From the NCBI GenBank assembly GCA_030141605.1, contig JAQGDQ010001015.1, positions 1-64,000 of the forward strand: 64,000 nucleotides of DNA. The letters are read 5' to 3'. The notes under the pieces were generated by a model that saw only the letters and a list, made by a program, of their open reading frames with translations, searched no databases and had not been told where the DNA came from. Positions within the stretch are counted from its first letter, which is position 1; each line of letters begins with the position of its first letter. Made by a program: the position numbers and the translations under genes. The DNA is from Tubiluchus corallicola. Taxonomy: Eukaryota; Animalia; Priapulida. Positions 1 to 14,439 of the stretch are shown here, one piece after another.

Positions 1-38
1 AGTTAATGTCTTCAGACTTTAACATTTCTTTGCTTCAG

Positions 39-266
39 TAGATTGGCCTAATAACGTGAAAAGATTAAAGCCTTTTGATGGAAAGACGATTGCTGTTAAA
101 ACACACAAATCAGACAGTGACACATTGAAGGACTTTGCAGCCGCTATCCTTGTGGTTCGAAACCCTTATGATGTTGTGTATGCTGAGTTCAAAAGAATGG
201 TCTTTTTTATCCCATCATTCAGGAAGAGTGGAGCACCAGACTATAAAAGTCCCCAAGTTTTGAACA
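39..266 (+). CDS. Internal exon of a WSCD-family (sialate O-sulfotransferase-like) sulfotransferase; gene begins upstream of the window
   Basis: Translation has IAVKTH and AAILVVRNPYDVVYAEF, matching the WSCD-type VKTH and 3'-phosphate-binding RNPY motifs. Acceptor tttctttgcttcag ends at 38 (NAGNAG alternative at 41). Donor GTACGT at 267 is phase 1, matching the next exon. Confidence 0.8.
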
Positions 267-1626
267 GTACGTATGACCAAATTCAAAACGCCGTGACTAA
301 TTCGATAATAATAATGGCAATTTTAATGACAATGATGTTGGCAATTGCAATGGCACTGATAACGATTTTGGCAACGATGCTGACAATAAATGTGTAAAAA
401 TGACAGATACGTTGACACTAAGAGAACATCAAAAGAATACAAGAGCAGCCCATTAAACACATCAAAGCATAAGAAAACTCTTTACTTACAAGAAGCAAAA
501 AATATTTGTCTTGAAATTTTGTATCATCTACTTACTGTCACCTAGATGTTAGTTGCAACGTGTATGAAACATAAAAATTTAACTTCCAATGGCCGTTAGA
601 GGAAGCCATTAGACGAAGACCAGTAAAAGTCGTTTGAATCAATTTAGATAACAATGAGTAAAATTTGAAAAAATGATCAAGGCATTGGTAGGGCACAATT
701 CACTAACTTAGCCAAAGTATAAGTTTCATTTTCCTTGTCATTTAAATTTAGAGAAAAACCTGACCCAGTCTTAAACTGTGACTCAAAACGTTCTACTTTC
801 TGTAATATTTAAAGGAATTGTTCGAAATGCATGAACTAAATCAGTCCTGCTTACTGTGCAAAGTGTTTTCTTTTTTTTCGAATGCAGCACAACAATGAAT
901 AAATTTTTGAAAAATATAATTAAAGATAATTACTGATCACCTTTTTGATAAAACATGTTTCATTATCTTGAAGTGATGTGTGTGTTTGTTTATTTCGTAG
1001 ACACAGTTGAAGCTTTTTTATACTTGTTGACAATTGTCCTCACCCCCAAAATCCTATAAAGGACTAATATCACAATGAATTTTGAACAGTACCATGGTGC
1101 TTCAAATTTACCTTTCGCAAATATGTGCACCACTGTCAAAAAATTTATGTTTCTACTGCTAAAAATTATGATCAATTGTTTTATCATCACTAGTTTGACA
1201 TTAAGGGTGGCTGAAAGGAGACCATTATGTCTTTCGCTGTTAAGGGTGGACTTTGTGTTACTAAATAATATATAAACGTATGAAATGAGACAAATAAATT
1301 AATCAATCAGTAAATCAATCATTCATTAGTAAAGTTTTTAAGCTATTATGTGATTATCGGACACTTATTATAGGTGCTGAAATGTATGTTCAAAATGGGC
1401 TAGGATATGAAAAATCACCCTATTTTCCTTTAAAAACACGATTTTTGGTGAGTCAGTAGTGCACATTTTACGAGTACGTACAAGGATGTTAATTTACCAA
1501 GAGTAGTAAATTACCATTACCTGAGTCTTACAAAAAGGTAAGGGTAATGCTAAGTAATATGACTTTGCGTGGAAGTTCTTATAGACGTGTAAGCAATCGT
1601 TTAAATTCTTTATGCTTTTGTTTCAG

Positions 1627-1994
1627 GATGGCTTGAGTTTCTAAACCGACCATTTTTGCAAGACCACAGGTTCAGCTTTTACACCAACTGGCTGTTGAAG
1701 TCACCTACAGACATTTACGTTGTTATCTACGAAAAACTAAAGTCGAATTTGACTAGAGAGTTGGAACCTGTCTTAAGCTTTCCAGGACAGAACAAATCAC
1801 GTTTGCATTGTGCAGAAAAGTACCCAGGGCAACAGATAAAAAGGCCATATACAATAAACGACACGTATTTTACTCATTATTACCACATCATTCCTGGATT
1901 TCAGCAGCGAGTTAATAATTATATCAGTGAATTGTCAAAAACGTTTATGGACAATGGCCATAGACCTTTGCCTGATTCATATCTTATGGGATGA
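1627..1994 (+). CDS. Terminal exon of the same WSCD-family sulfotransferase
   Basis: Acceptor ttttgtttcag ends at 1626. Phase-1 join with exon 39-266 is in frame (A+GA, then WLEFLNRPF). Contains NWL...YVVIYEKLKSNLTRELEPVLSF, the sulfotransferase C-terminal YE.LK motif. Stop TGA at 1992-1994. Confidence 0.8.
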
Positions 1995-2029
1995 TGCAAA
2001 ATAATTAGTATAAGACGTCGTCTGCTCAC

Positions 2030-2110
2030 CCTCTGTCTCCATCCATCTTTTTCTCTCTCACTCGCTTCTCTCTCTCTCTCTATCTTTCCCTCTCTCCCTT
2101 TCTCTTTCTT
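2030..2110. repeat. Imperfect (CT)n microsatellite in the 3' UTR region
   Basis: Directly visible CT-rich tract. Confidence 0.85.
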
Positions 2111-3299
2111 GGTGGACCTCAAATTTGTAACAAATGTGTACAAGAAAAATGTTCGTCAAATAAAAATAATCACGAAACGAAAGCAATTATGACTTCGCCT
2201 GACCACCCTGCACTCATTGGACGCAAGGATGACTAAATACCTGGTGCGACGCTAGCGATTGTAAGCGTTTACACAAAATATTTATGCAAAATATTTACAC
2301 AAAACAATTGCCGTTCCAAAGAGTTGAACAACGTTACTGGTGCCTTGGTAAAGTTAATAAGTAGTCACGCTCAGTCTCTTACAAGAATTCAGCAATCAGA
2401 CGATGAATCACGGAAAAATAATTCTGTGACTTATGCAGGTAAACTAATGCAAAATGCTAGAACTTCAAATGGAAATGACTCTGTAGCTCGTCCAGGAAGT
2501 AATATAGTTAAACCAATGATCCGGAGAACTGTTGAACTGTTGAAATTCGGACAGGAAAGCGACCTAGAACAAGCTGCTTAAGTTTCAAATCACGCCAGAA
2601 ACATTTTCAACTATTATAAATTATTCATATTTATCAAACTTTTTTGGTAGTTTTACCTGGTTGCTGGCAGCACCTGGCTTTTTATATAGGTGTAAAACCA
2701 TTTTTTACATCGGCCACGTCACGAGGCTCAAGAAGATAGATGGCGTCAGTATTGTATTCAGTTATGCTGTTAGACGGCAAATAATGACAACCTGCAGCTG
2801 TGATGATGGCTATGCCAGTTTGCCTGCACACCTAAGCTGATATGTTTAAACTAATGGCTTAACATCTTGCAATTTGCTTTAAAAAGTCATGTGACACTTC
2901 AGCTATTAATTTTTGCAACAGTTTTCCTTTCAGTTTCTTACTGCAGCTACTTTTCTACATAAACGCTTCATGCTGCTTTTTTCTCAAAATTTTCGTTTTT
3001 CGTTTCCACACGATTCCCAAAATTTACGTTTTCCTGACGATATTCTGCTCCTTTAACTGGACCAGCTAAATAATCGCAAACTTTTGGCAAAAACAAAGAG
3101 AATCGTACTGCAGCATGTTTGACAAGATATATACGTTTTCTGACTCTTTAAACTTTTTGGTTGTGTTTGATTAGTCTTATAATTTATTTTTGTGATTTGT
3201 TACATACCTTTTGTAAAGGTCTGGATCTAGTGTCATCTCGTTAATGGTTTACATTAATGCGCGCGCACAGCTGGAGGAACAGGAGCAAAAACCTCGAGA

Positions 3300-4050
3300 A
3301 TGGCCTTTTAGCTCCATTTTTGGCGAAATTTATATCTCTTATTTCTAGAGCACGGAAACGGCCTCGAAACCGTGCTGGTAATGGATTGATAGCCCTTGGG
3401 TATTATAGGCAAATTCCTGGGTAAGCCATGTGACCGTTTAGCAGGCGTTTTTTCGGAACCCAGATTTGGAATAGCATATAATAGCTCTTTGAGAAAAAGA
3501 GAAAACAGGATATGCATCGACTGAAAAAGCCAGTGTCCTGACGTCATTCCATGGCACTCTGCCTAGAATTTAGCCTCAATAGAAGCTGCTCCTGGCTCTT
3601 ATAATGAAGAACTACAATGATAGTCCTTTATGATCAAAAGGAACAGTTTGCAAACACGCAGAATACCCTTTCATTATACTGATCATTGGTGCTATTACTG
3701 ATCTAATAGCATTTGCCATGTCAAAGAGTTAGAGTTCAACCTTCGCAATACTGCTGTGCTGCCCGTGATGGTATTGTAGGCGTCACCGTCATAATCGTTA
3801 TAACCAAAATCACCGTCGTCGTCATCATAATTATGACATTGGTTTGGTGTGGTGGGTTCAGCATGGTGCTGCAGACATTGTGTAGGTGGTATGGTGCGGG
3901 TGGTGTGATGTGGATGATGTATTGGGCATATGTGGTGTGAGTGGTGTGACGCAGTGTAATGTTGTGTCTTTGTGGTTTTATATGCAGGGTAGTTTTGCAG
4001 GGTTTGGCTAGTAACTGTAATTGTGATTATTGCATTGTAGCTTGTCCACA
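3300..4050 (-). repeat. Family X, copy 1 (most diverged): decayed coding-like segment plus TGG/TGTGG-rich tract
   Basis: Shares GSEKTP (ttttcggaaccca, compare 18250) and a KVE...KC...NDQ-like segment with the other copies, followed by a GT-rich low-complexity tract. Confidence 0.5.
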
Positions 4051-4719
4051 CTGCTTAAAACTTTACGAATTTTTGCCTGTGTTTCTCTTTGACCTGATAA
4101 TGTCCATTTTGTGAATGCTACGATTATCTTATTTAATTACTTTGATTTGCGCATGTTAATTGTTTAAAGATGGGATAATAATCTTTTCTGTTGGGATGAT
4201 TTTGCGAATGACTAATGACTGACTTAATAAAGCTGAAATTATTCCTTATAAATATTGTATAAAAAGTTTCTTATTTTTTAAATTTGCTCAAAATGAATTA
4301 TACCATTCAGACAAACCCATCTGAACCATTTTAAACCTCATATTTTCCAACTGTGTAATTAGTGGCGCCACCGCCCTCTCTTGAAAGTGACTGGTACTCT
4401 TTGGTGACAGGCTTGGGGTTTTAATGAGTACATAGTTATTTTCTGTTTTGCTCGACAATGAACCGAATTGATGAGAATCAATCGAGAACTGAATGCACTG
4501 GGAAACTAGCCTGTACATCCAGAACGTTACAACGTTCTTCTAAGACAACTGCATGGTTACCTAAAGCTTTAGTATAATTTTATTAACTAGACTTAATTAA
4601 AGCAGAAGCAAATGTGAAGTACATGATTTTGTAATTTAACAAACAACTGGTTCATTAATTGCCACTGGATTCTGCTTGCGTGTAGTTTATGGCAGTTCTA
4701 CAAGGCAATACTTTTCATT

Positions 4720-5480
4720 ACATACTTAAAATAAGACATCGTGTGAGACCAAAGAGCTGTACCTCTTAGTTTCAAAGATCGGGAATGGGCCGAAAGTTGC
4801 TGCTGGCAATGGTTGGAGAGTCCTTTCAATGGTTGGTGTAGATGGCATATTAAAATCTGCGGGTAGGTCACAATGTCCCGCAACGGAATTTTTTCTGACA
4901 CAAATTTTGCGAAAAACTGCAGAAACAGATTCCAGGTAAACTCAATTTGTCATCTGTTTGGGCATGTTGGGGAAAAAACAAGTGCATGCCCGGAAAGAGT
5001 GCGAGAAATTATATCAGATGTGGAGGCATCATTGAGAGCGAGGTCCACTAGAGGAAACTGAAGGGTGGCATTTCAACACCCCTGTGTTGCACGCTATTTG
5101 TAACATCCATTGTCTTTGAGTTTCATCAATTTTGAGGCTATTACAGGAATTGTCGTCATCCAACATTGCACTATCATTTGTACATGTAAATTATATCTGT
5201 TTGCATATAACCAAAAGAGAACCATTAAGCAAAACCATGTAGAATGTCTGTGCATTATTGATCATTGATGGGCAGTCTAAAGCACTTATTGCGGCATACA
5301 GCTTCAACCTCGTACAAATTGTTTTGCGTGGTCTCACAATGATACTCTGCTGTTGGTGTTTGTGTTGTAGATGTCATATCATCATCGTCATTTACACTGT
5401 AATCACCATGTGATGTTGTCGATTTTATGTGGCTTGGTGTAATGTGATCTGGCTGGTGTAATGTGATCGTAATGTAGAGC
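4720..5480 (-). repeat. Family X, copy 2
   Basis: ttgggcatgttggg and gcacgctatttg..acatccattgtctttgag shared with 18310-18500 and 21040-21080. Minus strand reads EVEAVCRNKCFRLPINDQ and TQRQWMLQIAC, with stops. Confidence 0.65.
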
Positions 5481-8400
5481 ACTTTAAATTCCTCAACTCT
5501 TATCTAAACAGCTATTATCATTAAACAGCGTCTCGTTTATTATCATAGCAAAAGAAAATGGTTTTAACCATATTTTTGCAGAAATTCATTATATACGCAG
5601 GCTTTGAAATTCAAGTGTGTAAATACTCTGCTATGTTTTCTTAAATCTTTCCAAGGTATGGAATTCAAGCTTTGAAGTTTAAGTGTGTAATTGTTCTGCT
5701 TTATTTTCTTAAATCTTTCCCAAGTGCATAAAGCAGTCTTTGAAAACTTTCTGCTTTATTTTCTTAACTCTTTCGGTGGAGTCTTTCTTTAGGCTCCTAG
5801 GCTCCAAGATATTTTTAAGTAAATTTCAGAAATTTTTCACATCCCTACACAAACAAAACAAATTCTAAGACGAATATTTATGGGCCTCGGATTTGAAAGC
5901 TCTTTCTTTTCACAGGGGTAGCAGTTCTTGAGTGGTTGATTTGCTTAAGAATGTAATAACATGGAAAAATATTTTTGTTCACTGCTAGTTTACAGGAAAC
6001 TATTAATCCTTTTAAAACAATGGCAGATAGAATTTGAAATGACGCTGAGAAGTCTTTCCCTGGCGTCATTCCCATGTGTTCAGCTGAGGTTAATTTACAC
6101 AAGATGTTAAAATGTGGGAAAATATTTTTCTTTGCTTCAGAACCACTCTCTGCAATTATCCCAGCTCAAAATCAACAACAGAACTTGAACCTTAGAATTC
6201 CACATATAAAGAGCCTTTTGTTCAGGTGGCTGAGCACTTAAAACTTTCTCTATCTTATAAAGAGCCTTTGTTCAGGTGTCTTTCTCCGTCTTATCCAAAC
6301 AGCAATTATTGTTGCGCAGTCTCTACCTTTATTATCACAAGAAAAGCTTTTAGCTTAATATTTGCCATACAAACAGTTTGAAAAGCTTTCAAATCTAAAA
6401 ACACATTCCTTTCAATCTTAACAAAACATGTTTCCTAGTGCGATATATTATGACAAGCATTACTTCCAACAAAAATAATAGAACACACCTGCACTTTGAT
6501 AACAAAGCTTTATTTCCAGCTCTCAAACGAAACTGCTTTTGATCTTCTGTCGCTAAATGACAATAATGGAGAAGTTGGGAGGTTTACATGATAAGTAGCA
6601 TGAGAGGAAGTAATGCACTACAGATACTCGCAACTAAATGGATGGGTGGCTGCTGTGACAACTTCGTCTATTGTGTTATTTTTTACAGTACATAGAAACA
6701 TGGAAACAGAGTATATGGCAGTTCTACCAGATCAGGTTTCTATGAAAATGTCTGCAAAATTTTATTCCCATCATTGGGGTTTTCTGTAATACCTTTGTAC
6801 CAAAACAGCGAGCATTAGCATGAAAACAGACGTTTCTCCGCATTCATTTTTGGCTAGTGCACATGGATGGAGAATATATTTTACTAAAACATAGAGAGAT
6901 GGGGCCCTAGACTTGTGGATAGCCGTGTGGGCTATAATTACCACTTTCATACGAAAAGTCTTAATCTTAGTCTAGAAGTTTTTAAACAGAGTCGAACAGT
7001 TTTACTTCTTTGTGTTAAACTCAGGAAAATGTTTTCACATATTTCAGAAATCTTAAGTAAACTAGTTGCGCCCTGTTTAAATACTGGAAAGAATGGGTTA
7101 AAAGACAGACGATATTATCAATAGACGGGAGAAGCTTTTTTGTTTAATTAAGCTGACAACTTGGAACTACCAGTGAAAGAGTAAGAAGAGATGGAAAGCA
7201 AATACAGACAAGAATTTCTATAGAATACAAAAGCTTTTTTGTTTGGTTAAGCTGGAACTCCCAGGGGAAGAGTTAACAAAAGATGGAAATCAAAACACAA
7301 AAATGTCAATAGAATGCAGAAGCATTTTTGTTTGGTTAAGCTGCCTAAATGGAACTCCCATAGGAAGAGTTAACAAAAGATGGAATGCAAATACTTTGCT
7401 GCAGTTAAGAAAGACATATAATAATCACCAATGATTTGGAGTAGGACTACGTTTCCCATGCAAAATATTGAAAATTAGAGCCTATTGTTCAGGTGGCTGA
7501 GCACTTAAAACTTTCACCATCTTACAAAGAGCCTTTTGTTCATGTGGCTGAGCACTTAAAACTTTCACCATCTTACAAAGAGGCTTTTGTTCAGGTGGCT
7601 GAGCACTTAAAACATTCTCAATCTTATCCAAACAGCAATCATTGTTAGGCGGTCTCTCCCTTTATTATCATAATAAGAAAAGCCAGTTTTGAGCCCTGTG
7701 TTTGCAGTACTAGCTTTCAAATCTAAAAACACATTATTATCCTTTCAAATTTAACAAAACATCTTACTGCATGTTTCCCAGGGATATATATTATTACAAG
7801 CATTACTTCCAACAAAAATAATAGAACACACCTGTGCTTTGATAACGAAGATTTAATTCCAGCTCTCAATCGAAACTGCTTTTGAGCTTCTGTCGCTAAC
7901 TGACAATAATTGAAAAGTTGAGAGGTTTACTTGAAAAGCAGCAAGGGAGGAAGTTAAATGGATGGGTGGCTGCTGTGACAAGTTCATGTATTATGTTATT
8001 TTTTACAGAACATAGAAATATACAAACAGTTATACCAACTCAGGTTTCTATGAAAATGTCTGCAAAATTTATTCCCATCATTGGGGTTTTCAGTAATACC
8101 TTTGTACCAAAACAGGAACATTAGGATGAAAACGGACATTTCCCTGCATTCATTTTTGGCTAGTGTACATGGATAGAGAAAATATTTTACCAAAACATGT
8201 GGGTCTGTGTGGAACACAGCAAGGATAAACTGCTCTCTCGCACATGCTGGAGCAGTGTGTGTAGTAATGCATGCATGGAAGCAACACGAGAGCATATAGG
8301 TAAGAGTGATTGACAGCGCAGGAGTGCAGCACGCATGTCTAGTAATGGCGGATGCTCCAATTGGCTGAATAGTTTCGGGTAATGTCTGTCAGCCATCTAG

Positions 8401-9400
8401 TGTACAAAATCACAAATAAAGAAACAGGTACAATATGTTACTATAGAAAATTCTTTGCAAGGGAACAACTGAATCAGAACTGGTACACAGCCAATTTTTT
8501 ATGATTTATGACTCAACAAATTGTTACTTTAGTGACTTTTATGCACTATAGAAATTGGAAAAAAATGTTAATACTATGTTAAAAAATTGTAGAATGCAAA
8601 CTGCCATTAAGTTGTTACAGTGTGGCTTTATACCTGGGTTAAACTTAATTAAGAATATATAAAACAAAACCGTACTCTTGATGCACTCAAAACCAATATT
8701 AACAAGATGGTGCGATAATCCTGAAATAAATCTATTCTATAAAGTATAATCCTGAAACAAATTTATTCTATAAAGTACAAAAATCGCACTACAAGAACAA
8801 AATTGTAACTGCACAAAATTTAGCGAAAAAATAACATTTAACAAATTGGGTACGTAAATTTGTAGAGAAAAATGATTCTAGATAGATTTAGTATAACTTA
8901 TTTTAACTCAAAACTAAAATGCAATCTTTGAAGTAATGTCCTAATAGTGAAGGTTTCTCCTCATGTTACCGATTAGGAAATGTCACGTTTTGATAAGATT
9001 AAAAAGGACTCCAATAACTGAATTTAAGTTTTCAGATTTCAAAGCATTTTAGAGTAGAATAAACAGTTTCTGTACCCCTACCATCACAATATAGACGAAG
9101 CTGCATAATAATAGGTGTTTGAAAAACACAGACAATTTTGTGTGTTCAATCACATGACCAAACATGGGTTCATATGAAAGGGTAATTCTCTAAAGTGATT
9201 TGTTTGCTAAAGACAGAAATTGCCCCTCAGACATCAATCTCTTTAATTATCAATAATCAGTGAAAATAGATTATTTTTGTCTGCTCTTTAGTATGAATAG
9301 TCATTCTAGTTGTGACCCAAGAAAAAATTCTTGTTATGACCCAAGGACAAATTCGTCTGCATTCTTGTACAAAGCAAATAGTTACATGTGAAAATACTAA
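5480..9400. repeat. Composite multi-module repeat block (reference copy), including a ~51-bp x3 tandem at 7478-7625
   Basis: Modules recur elsewhere: 5500-6050 inverted at 28330-28810; 6060-6900 again at 7480-8200 and 13600-14250; 7000-7250 direct at 34210-34560 and inverted at 27370-27590; 8950-9380 at 24840-25440. Confidence 0.8.
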
Positions 9401-9885
9401 AGGAAGAGCAGCCGAGAGAATACAAAACTATTGACAAAGTTTTCACCGTGTGATTTATTGCTTTAAATTTCTCGTTGGGCTACTCCTATTTTTACTGCTT
9501 TTAGCTGAAATTAAACTCATTCGAAAATTGACGAAAAGCCGAGTAATTTGAAATGATAACTGACAATTATCGGCATAAGGAAGCCTTCCCGATCGCAATT
9601 AGCATCAGCATTGGTTTTTATCCCAGGGCAGACTTTATAAAAAAAACTTTTACAGAACTTGCTAAATAAAACCCTGGTTGTGTCCTTAATCTTCTTTAAG
9701 CCCCCCAAAACACCTGTGTCATGGGTCACTGACCCCCACGCCCCTCTCTCATCAGACCTTGATCTTAGTAATACCTTAGTGCCAAAACAGTAAACATTGA
9801 CATGAAAAGTGCTCCTGAAATAGCTAATGTGATGGAGATATGAAAATAAAACAATACCAAATGGCAATGTTGGATCATGGTGTTC

Positions 9886-9886
<1 letters not shown>

Positions 9887-9970
<84 letters not shown>

Positions 9971-9972
9971 AA

Positions 9973-10045
<73 letters not shown>
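9887..10045. repeat. (CA)n microsatellite
   Basis: Directly visible, with a few CAAA interruptions. Confidence 0.98.
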
Positions 10046-10051
<6 letters not shown>

Positions 10052-10589
10052 GTTCACTTAAATTTAACACACAGATCAATAATGCATATGTGACACTTCA
10101 ACGATGAGTACGTTGGATGGCACAGCAATGTTACAGTGTTCATCTTCACTTGCTCAATCTTGTAAACTTTCATCTTCAAAAATTTTTAACTTTAATCACT
10201 TATTTTAAACAGCTCAAGTTCCTGCCACACAGAATGTCCTCAAACTACGAAATTTCTTTAGCAAATCGTTTCAAAAATGACTTTACATAGCTGCTGGCTG
10301 CAATTAATTTTGATGTTTGGACCACTTCTTGTTTGGTAAGGTAAACATATGGTGCTGCCAGAAAGAAAAACACTGCTATGTTATCTCAAAAATTTTGACT
10401 ATATAAAAGACCTAGCAGATAATTAATTACACTGAAAAATACGAACTCTACTTATTAAATTTCTATACTCTACTATTAGCCTTTTCCTGTTTTACAAAAA
10501 CACCAGCCATAGCCATTTAAACAGTGATAGAGTTACGGTTAGTTCGTTAGAGTTTTTTTGGAATCCGGCCCCGGGTCGTCAATCCAGTG

Positions 10590-10790
10590 GCATTTTCTTC
10601 AATTTTTTGCAGAACTGCATAAAGTCTGCTAAACGTTTTGCTAATTGATTGTATTTGTAATTGTGTATTTACATATATCTTTGAATTGTATATATGTTTT
10701 GTAAACAGAAATGTGTTTGTTTCACACAGTGGAAATACCCCAAACAGTAAATTCACTGTGTGTGCTTGCATTGAAAATTTCCCCACAAGT
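10590..10790. mobile_element. Non-autonomous (MITE-like) interspersed repeat with an inverted copy at about 38960-39420
   Basis: gtctgctaaacgttttgctaattgattg near 10625 is the reverse complement of caatcaattagcaaaacgtttagcagac at 39351. The flanks are also similar. Confidence 0.55.
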
Positions 10791-11399
10791 CGGCAATGAA
10801 GCTTTTCCAGCTATTCACATATTCTGAATTTCCATTCCATGAGGATCATTTTGATACCAAGCTTGTAGCTCTATGCTATTCCTAAGCTGAGATAATCCAT
10901 GTTGAAGTTGAGATGTAGGCTAAAAATGGTGCAAGCTAATTACTCATCTAAAACAGTTATTTTGAAAATAATTCTGTTAAAGTCAGCCATAGTTTTTTGT
11001 TGCGTCTCTACAAAACACTTAGCATCCACGCGAAATTGTGATTGCTATGGATTTTACAAGAGCAAATAGAAGCTACGTTTAACTCTAGTATCAAGCCCTT
11101 CCTAAAGAATATGTGGCTTTGTCAACAAAAAAAAATTGTAGCAAAATTGTTTCTTCTTTGAAATAACACATGTTTTAATAATATTTTATCGTTTCAGACA
11201 AATTTTAAAATGATGAAAAATAATTTTCTTTACGTCAGAATGTGCAGGAATCTCATTCATCAATTTTAAACTCAATTTTAAAATGTGAAATATATTTAGG
11301 AATAAAAATAGCTTTAGCGCTGATTTATTTTCAATAACATTTATTGAATGAGCAATTCAATTTTTCTATAAGCTTTTCCTTGGCATATTTTCCTGGCCA

Positions 11400-14250
11400 G
11401 GTGTTCAAGTTTCTTTAATTTGAATAAGAATCTTAAGTGTCGGAAAATATTTTTCTTTGCTTCACAATACACGAGTCAATTCATCCATCCATGCTTAAAA
11501 TCAATAACAGAATTTGAATTCATTCAAATGACAAAGCACTTCTTTAAAACTTGCTCCGTCTAAACAACAGTCATTATTACGCAGTACCACCCTTTTAGTA
11601 TCATAAGAACAAAAACGAGTTCTTCTCTCTGTGTTTGCTTTATAAATATATTGAAAGTTGTCTTTTCAATTAAAACAAAATATCAGATTCCCTGTCTCCC
11701 AGTGGGATATTTTATGACAAGCATTAACATCCAACAAAAATAATAGCACACCTATTTATTCCCAGTGCACTCAGACAGAACTATTTTTGAAAGTTAAGGA
11801 TTAGCTTGAGAGGTGGTGTGAAGAGTATCTAGCAATAAAAGCTATGCACTACAGGACCTTACAACTAAATGGATGGGTGGCTGCTCCAAAAATGCTTATC
11901 TCTCATATTACATGGTTTCTCAATGATAGAGGAAATTCAGTATAACACCTGTTCCTTTGTCCTTGAAAATTGTCTGCAAAAATAATTGTCGCCAAAAGTA
12001 ATTGGAGGTTTTAGAACACAACTAACAGTGATCATTTGAACTAATATAAAGTTCTTGAAATACTGAAAGTGACAGACTAATCTTATTGAAAGAAAACACT
12101 AACTTCTATTACGTCTTATAAACAATGCTATTGGATGTCTATATTGGGTCAACGTATCTTTTATTGTCATGCTATGCTCTATCAAAAGATGGTATTGCCA
12201 TCTAAACCTGCACTTTTATTTATGCATATTATTGTAATGTGTAGTATAATATTATCATGACTTTGGATTGCCTTGACCAAGACAAAATTCAGTGGCATAC
12301 AGCAGTCTAAGGGCCTATTTCGTTGTTCAAAAGTGCAGACTACATTCCAACATTTTCACTTTAAAATGTTATTCATTGTTTGTTTCTGGTATTATTATCA
12401 TTGTCATTTTCAAAGTGATTTTGTTGCTGTTATCATTATCGCTATTATTACTATTATTATTAATTTCTTGACATTTATATTTGGCTATTGTAAATGGAAG
12501 GTGAAAAAGTTTTGCCCAAACAGACAGCATGTGTTGAGCGTGGCAGAGACGTTGAGTGAGTGTGGCAGAGGAGCAGTGAGTGTAGCGATGCGAGCATGGA
12601 AGCAACGATGCACATGACACCTCATCGGTAAGAGTGATTGACAGCATGCGTGTCTAGCAATGGCAGATGCTCCAATTGGCTGAATAGCTTAGGGTAATAC
12701 CACTGAGCCATCTACTGTACAAAATTTCAACTAATGTAACAGCTACAATATAACGTAATCGCTGCTTAGTGAGAGCAGTTTTTCCTGCCCTCTCATTGTT
12801 CATTTTTTACTGTCAATAACCACCATGTAACAAAAAATGCCTGAACATATGTAAGAAAGTTATGTCACAAATTTGAGTACATGGATTATATCTACAACAT
12901 TGTCACACTTAGAATGACCTTGTTTTTGTTTTACAATAATAACAACAGCAGCAGCAACATCAAAAGCAGCAATGACAATGACAATAACAGCCACAATAGC
13001 AGCAACTCTGTACAACAAAAACGGTGCAGATAAAAATGGCACGGGAAAATTGGCACATAATGTTACATGGATGCAGTTGATTTCTATTATAAAACTAGAA
13101 TGCGCTCATAGGAAACAGATCTCTGCCAGAGCTGGACAATTCTAAACTAACACAAAGATAAGCAAGCAAACATACAAAAATGTGTCTGTATTAGTATGAT
13201 ACAGGTTAGCAAAATATTTGTTTGCTAAGAAGTTCTGACGAATATTTATGGGCCTAGGATTTGAAAGCTCTTTCTTTTCTCAGGGGTAGCAGTTCTTGAG
13301 TGGCTAATTTGCTCAGGAATGTAATAACATGGAAAAATATTTTTGTTCAATGTAAGTTTACAGGAAACTATTAATCCTTTTAAAACAATGGCAGACAGGA
13401 TTTGAAATGATGCTGATATAATTTACACAAACTTATCCCACCCCCAGCATTTTCAGTAATATCAGGTTAACACAGTTTCATAAGTTACAGTATCAGCAGA
13501 TTTGGCAAAATGTAAATTTTTCATTGGAAAACCAAAAATGTTCCAAAATCCTTCTCAGTTATAGGGCATTCGGTTCATTCAATTTTTCTTACTTAACTAT
13601 TCCCTGTGATCATTCCCAGGTGTTCAGGTGAGGGTAAATTGCACAAGATGTTAAAATGTGGGAAAATATTTTATTTACTTCCGAGCCACTTCCAGCAGTT
13701 TAACAATGCTCAAAATCAATAAGAGAACTTGAATAAAACAGAATGTAAAGACTAAAGAGTCTTTTGTTAACGTTCCTGAGCACTTAAAGTTTTCTTCATT
13801 TTAGCCAAACAGCAATTATTATTAAGCTGTCTCGCCCTTTATTATCACAAGAAAAGCTTTTACCCCAATGTTTGCTATACAAACACTTTGAAAAGCTTTT
13901 ACCACAATGTTTGCTATACAAACACTTTGAAAAGCTTTCAAATCTAAAAAGACATTCCTTTCAATCTTAACAAAACATCTTATTGCATGTCTCCCAGGGC
14001 GCTATATTATTACAAGCATAAACTTCCAACAAAAATAATAGAACACACCTGTGCTTTGTTAACAAAGCTCTATTCCCAGTGTTTTGTTGTTGTTATCATG
14101 GCTAGTGTACATGGCTGGTGCAAATGTTTTACCTAAACATGTGGGTCTATGTAGTACACGGTAGAGACGAGGTGCACTCTCACACATGCTAGAGCAGTGA
14201 ATGTAGCAATGCATGCATGGAAGCAACGTCGCACATGATAGCTCATGGGC
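11400..14250. repeat. Composite repeat block, further direct copies of the 5.5-9.4 kb modules
   Basis: For example gaatatttatgggcct.ggatttgaaagctc (13241 vs 5872), ccaacaaaaataatagaacacacctg (14026 vs 6466) and ccaattggctgaatag (12672 vs 8357). Confidence 0.8.
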
Positions 14251-14299
14251 AAATTAATTGTATTATAACTGTGCGTGTGTTGCAAGATAAATAAAAAGC

Positions 14300-14438
<139 letters not shown>

Positions 14439-14439
14439 G

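Noticed and set aside
267-397. Hydrophobic C-terminal tail of ORF 56..397 as a transmembrane anchor
   Set aside because: It lies past the splice donor at 267 in a degenerate (RAT/AAT)-type trinucleotide tract, so it is intronic read-through.
2324-2581. 85-aa ORF with a TYAGKL motif, possibly a LINE ORF1 remnant
   Set aside because: No ATG start, no diagnostic domain and no adjacent ORF2; too weak to call.
9517-10107. Poly-CV and poly-HT ORFs
   Set aside because: Translations of the (CA)n microsatellite.
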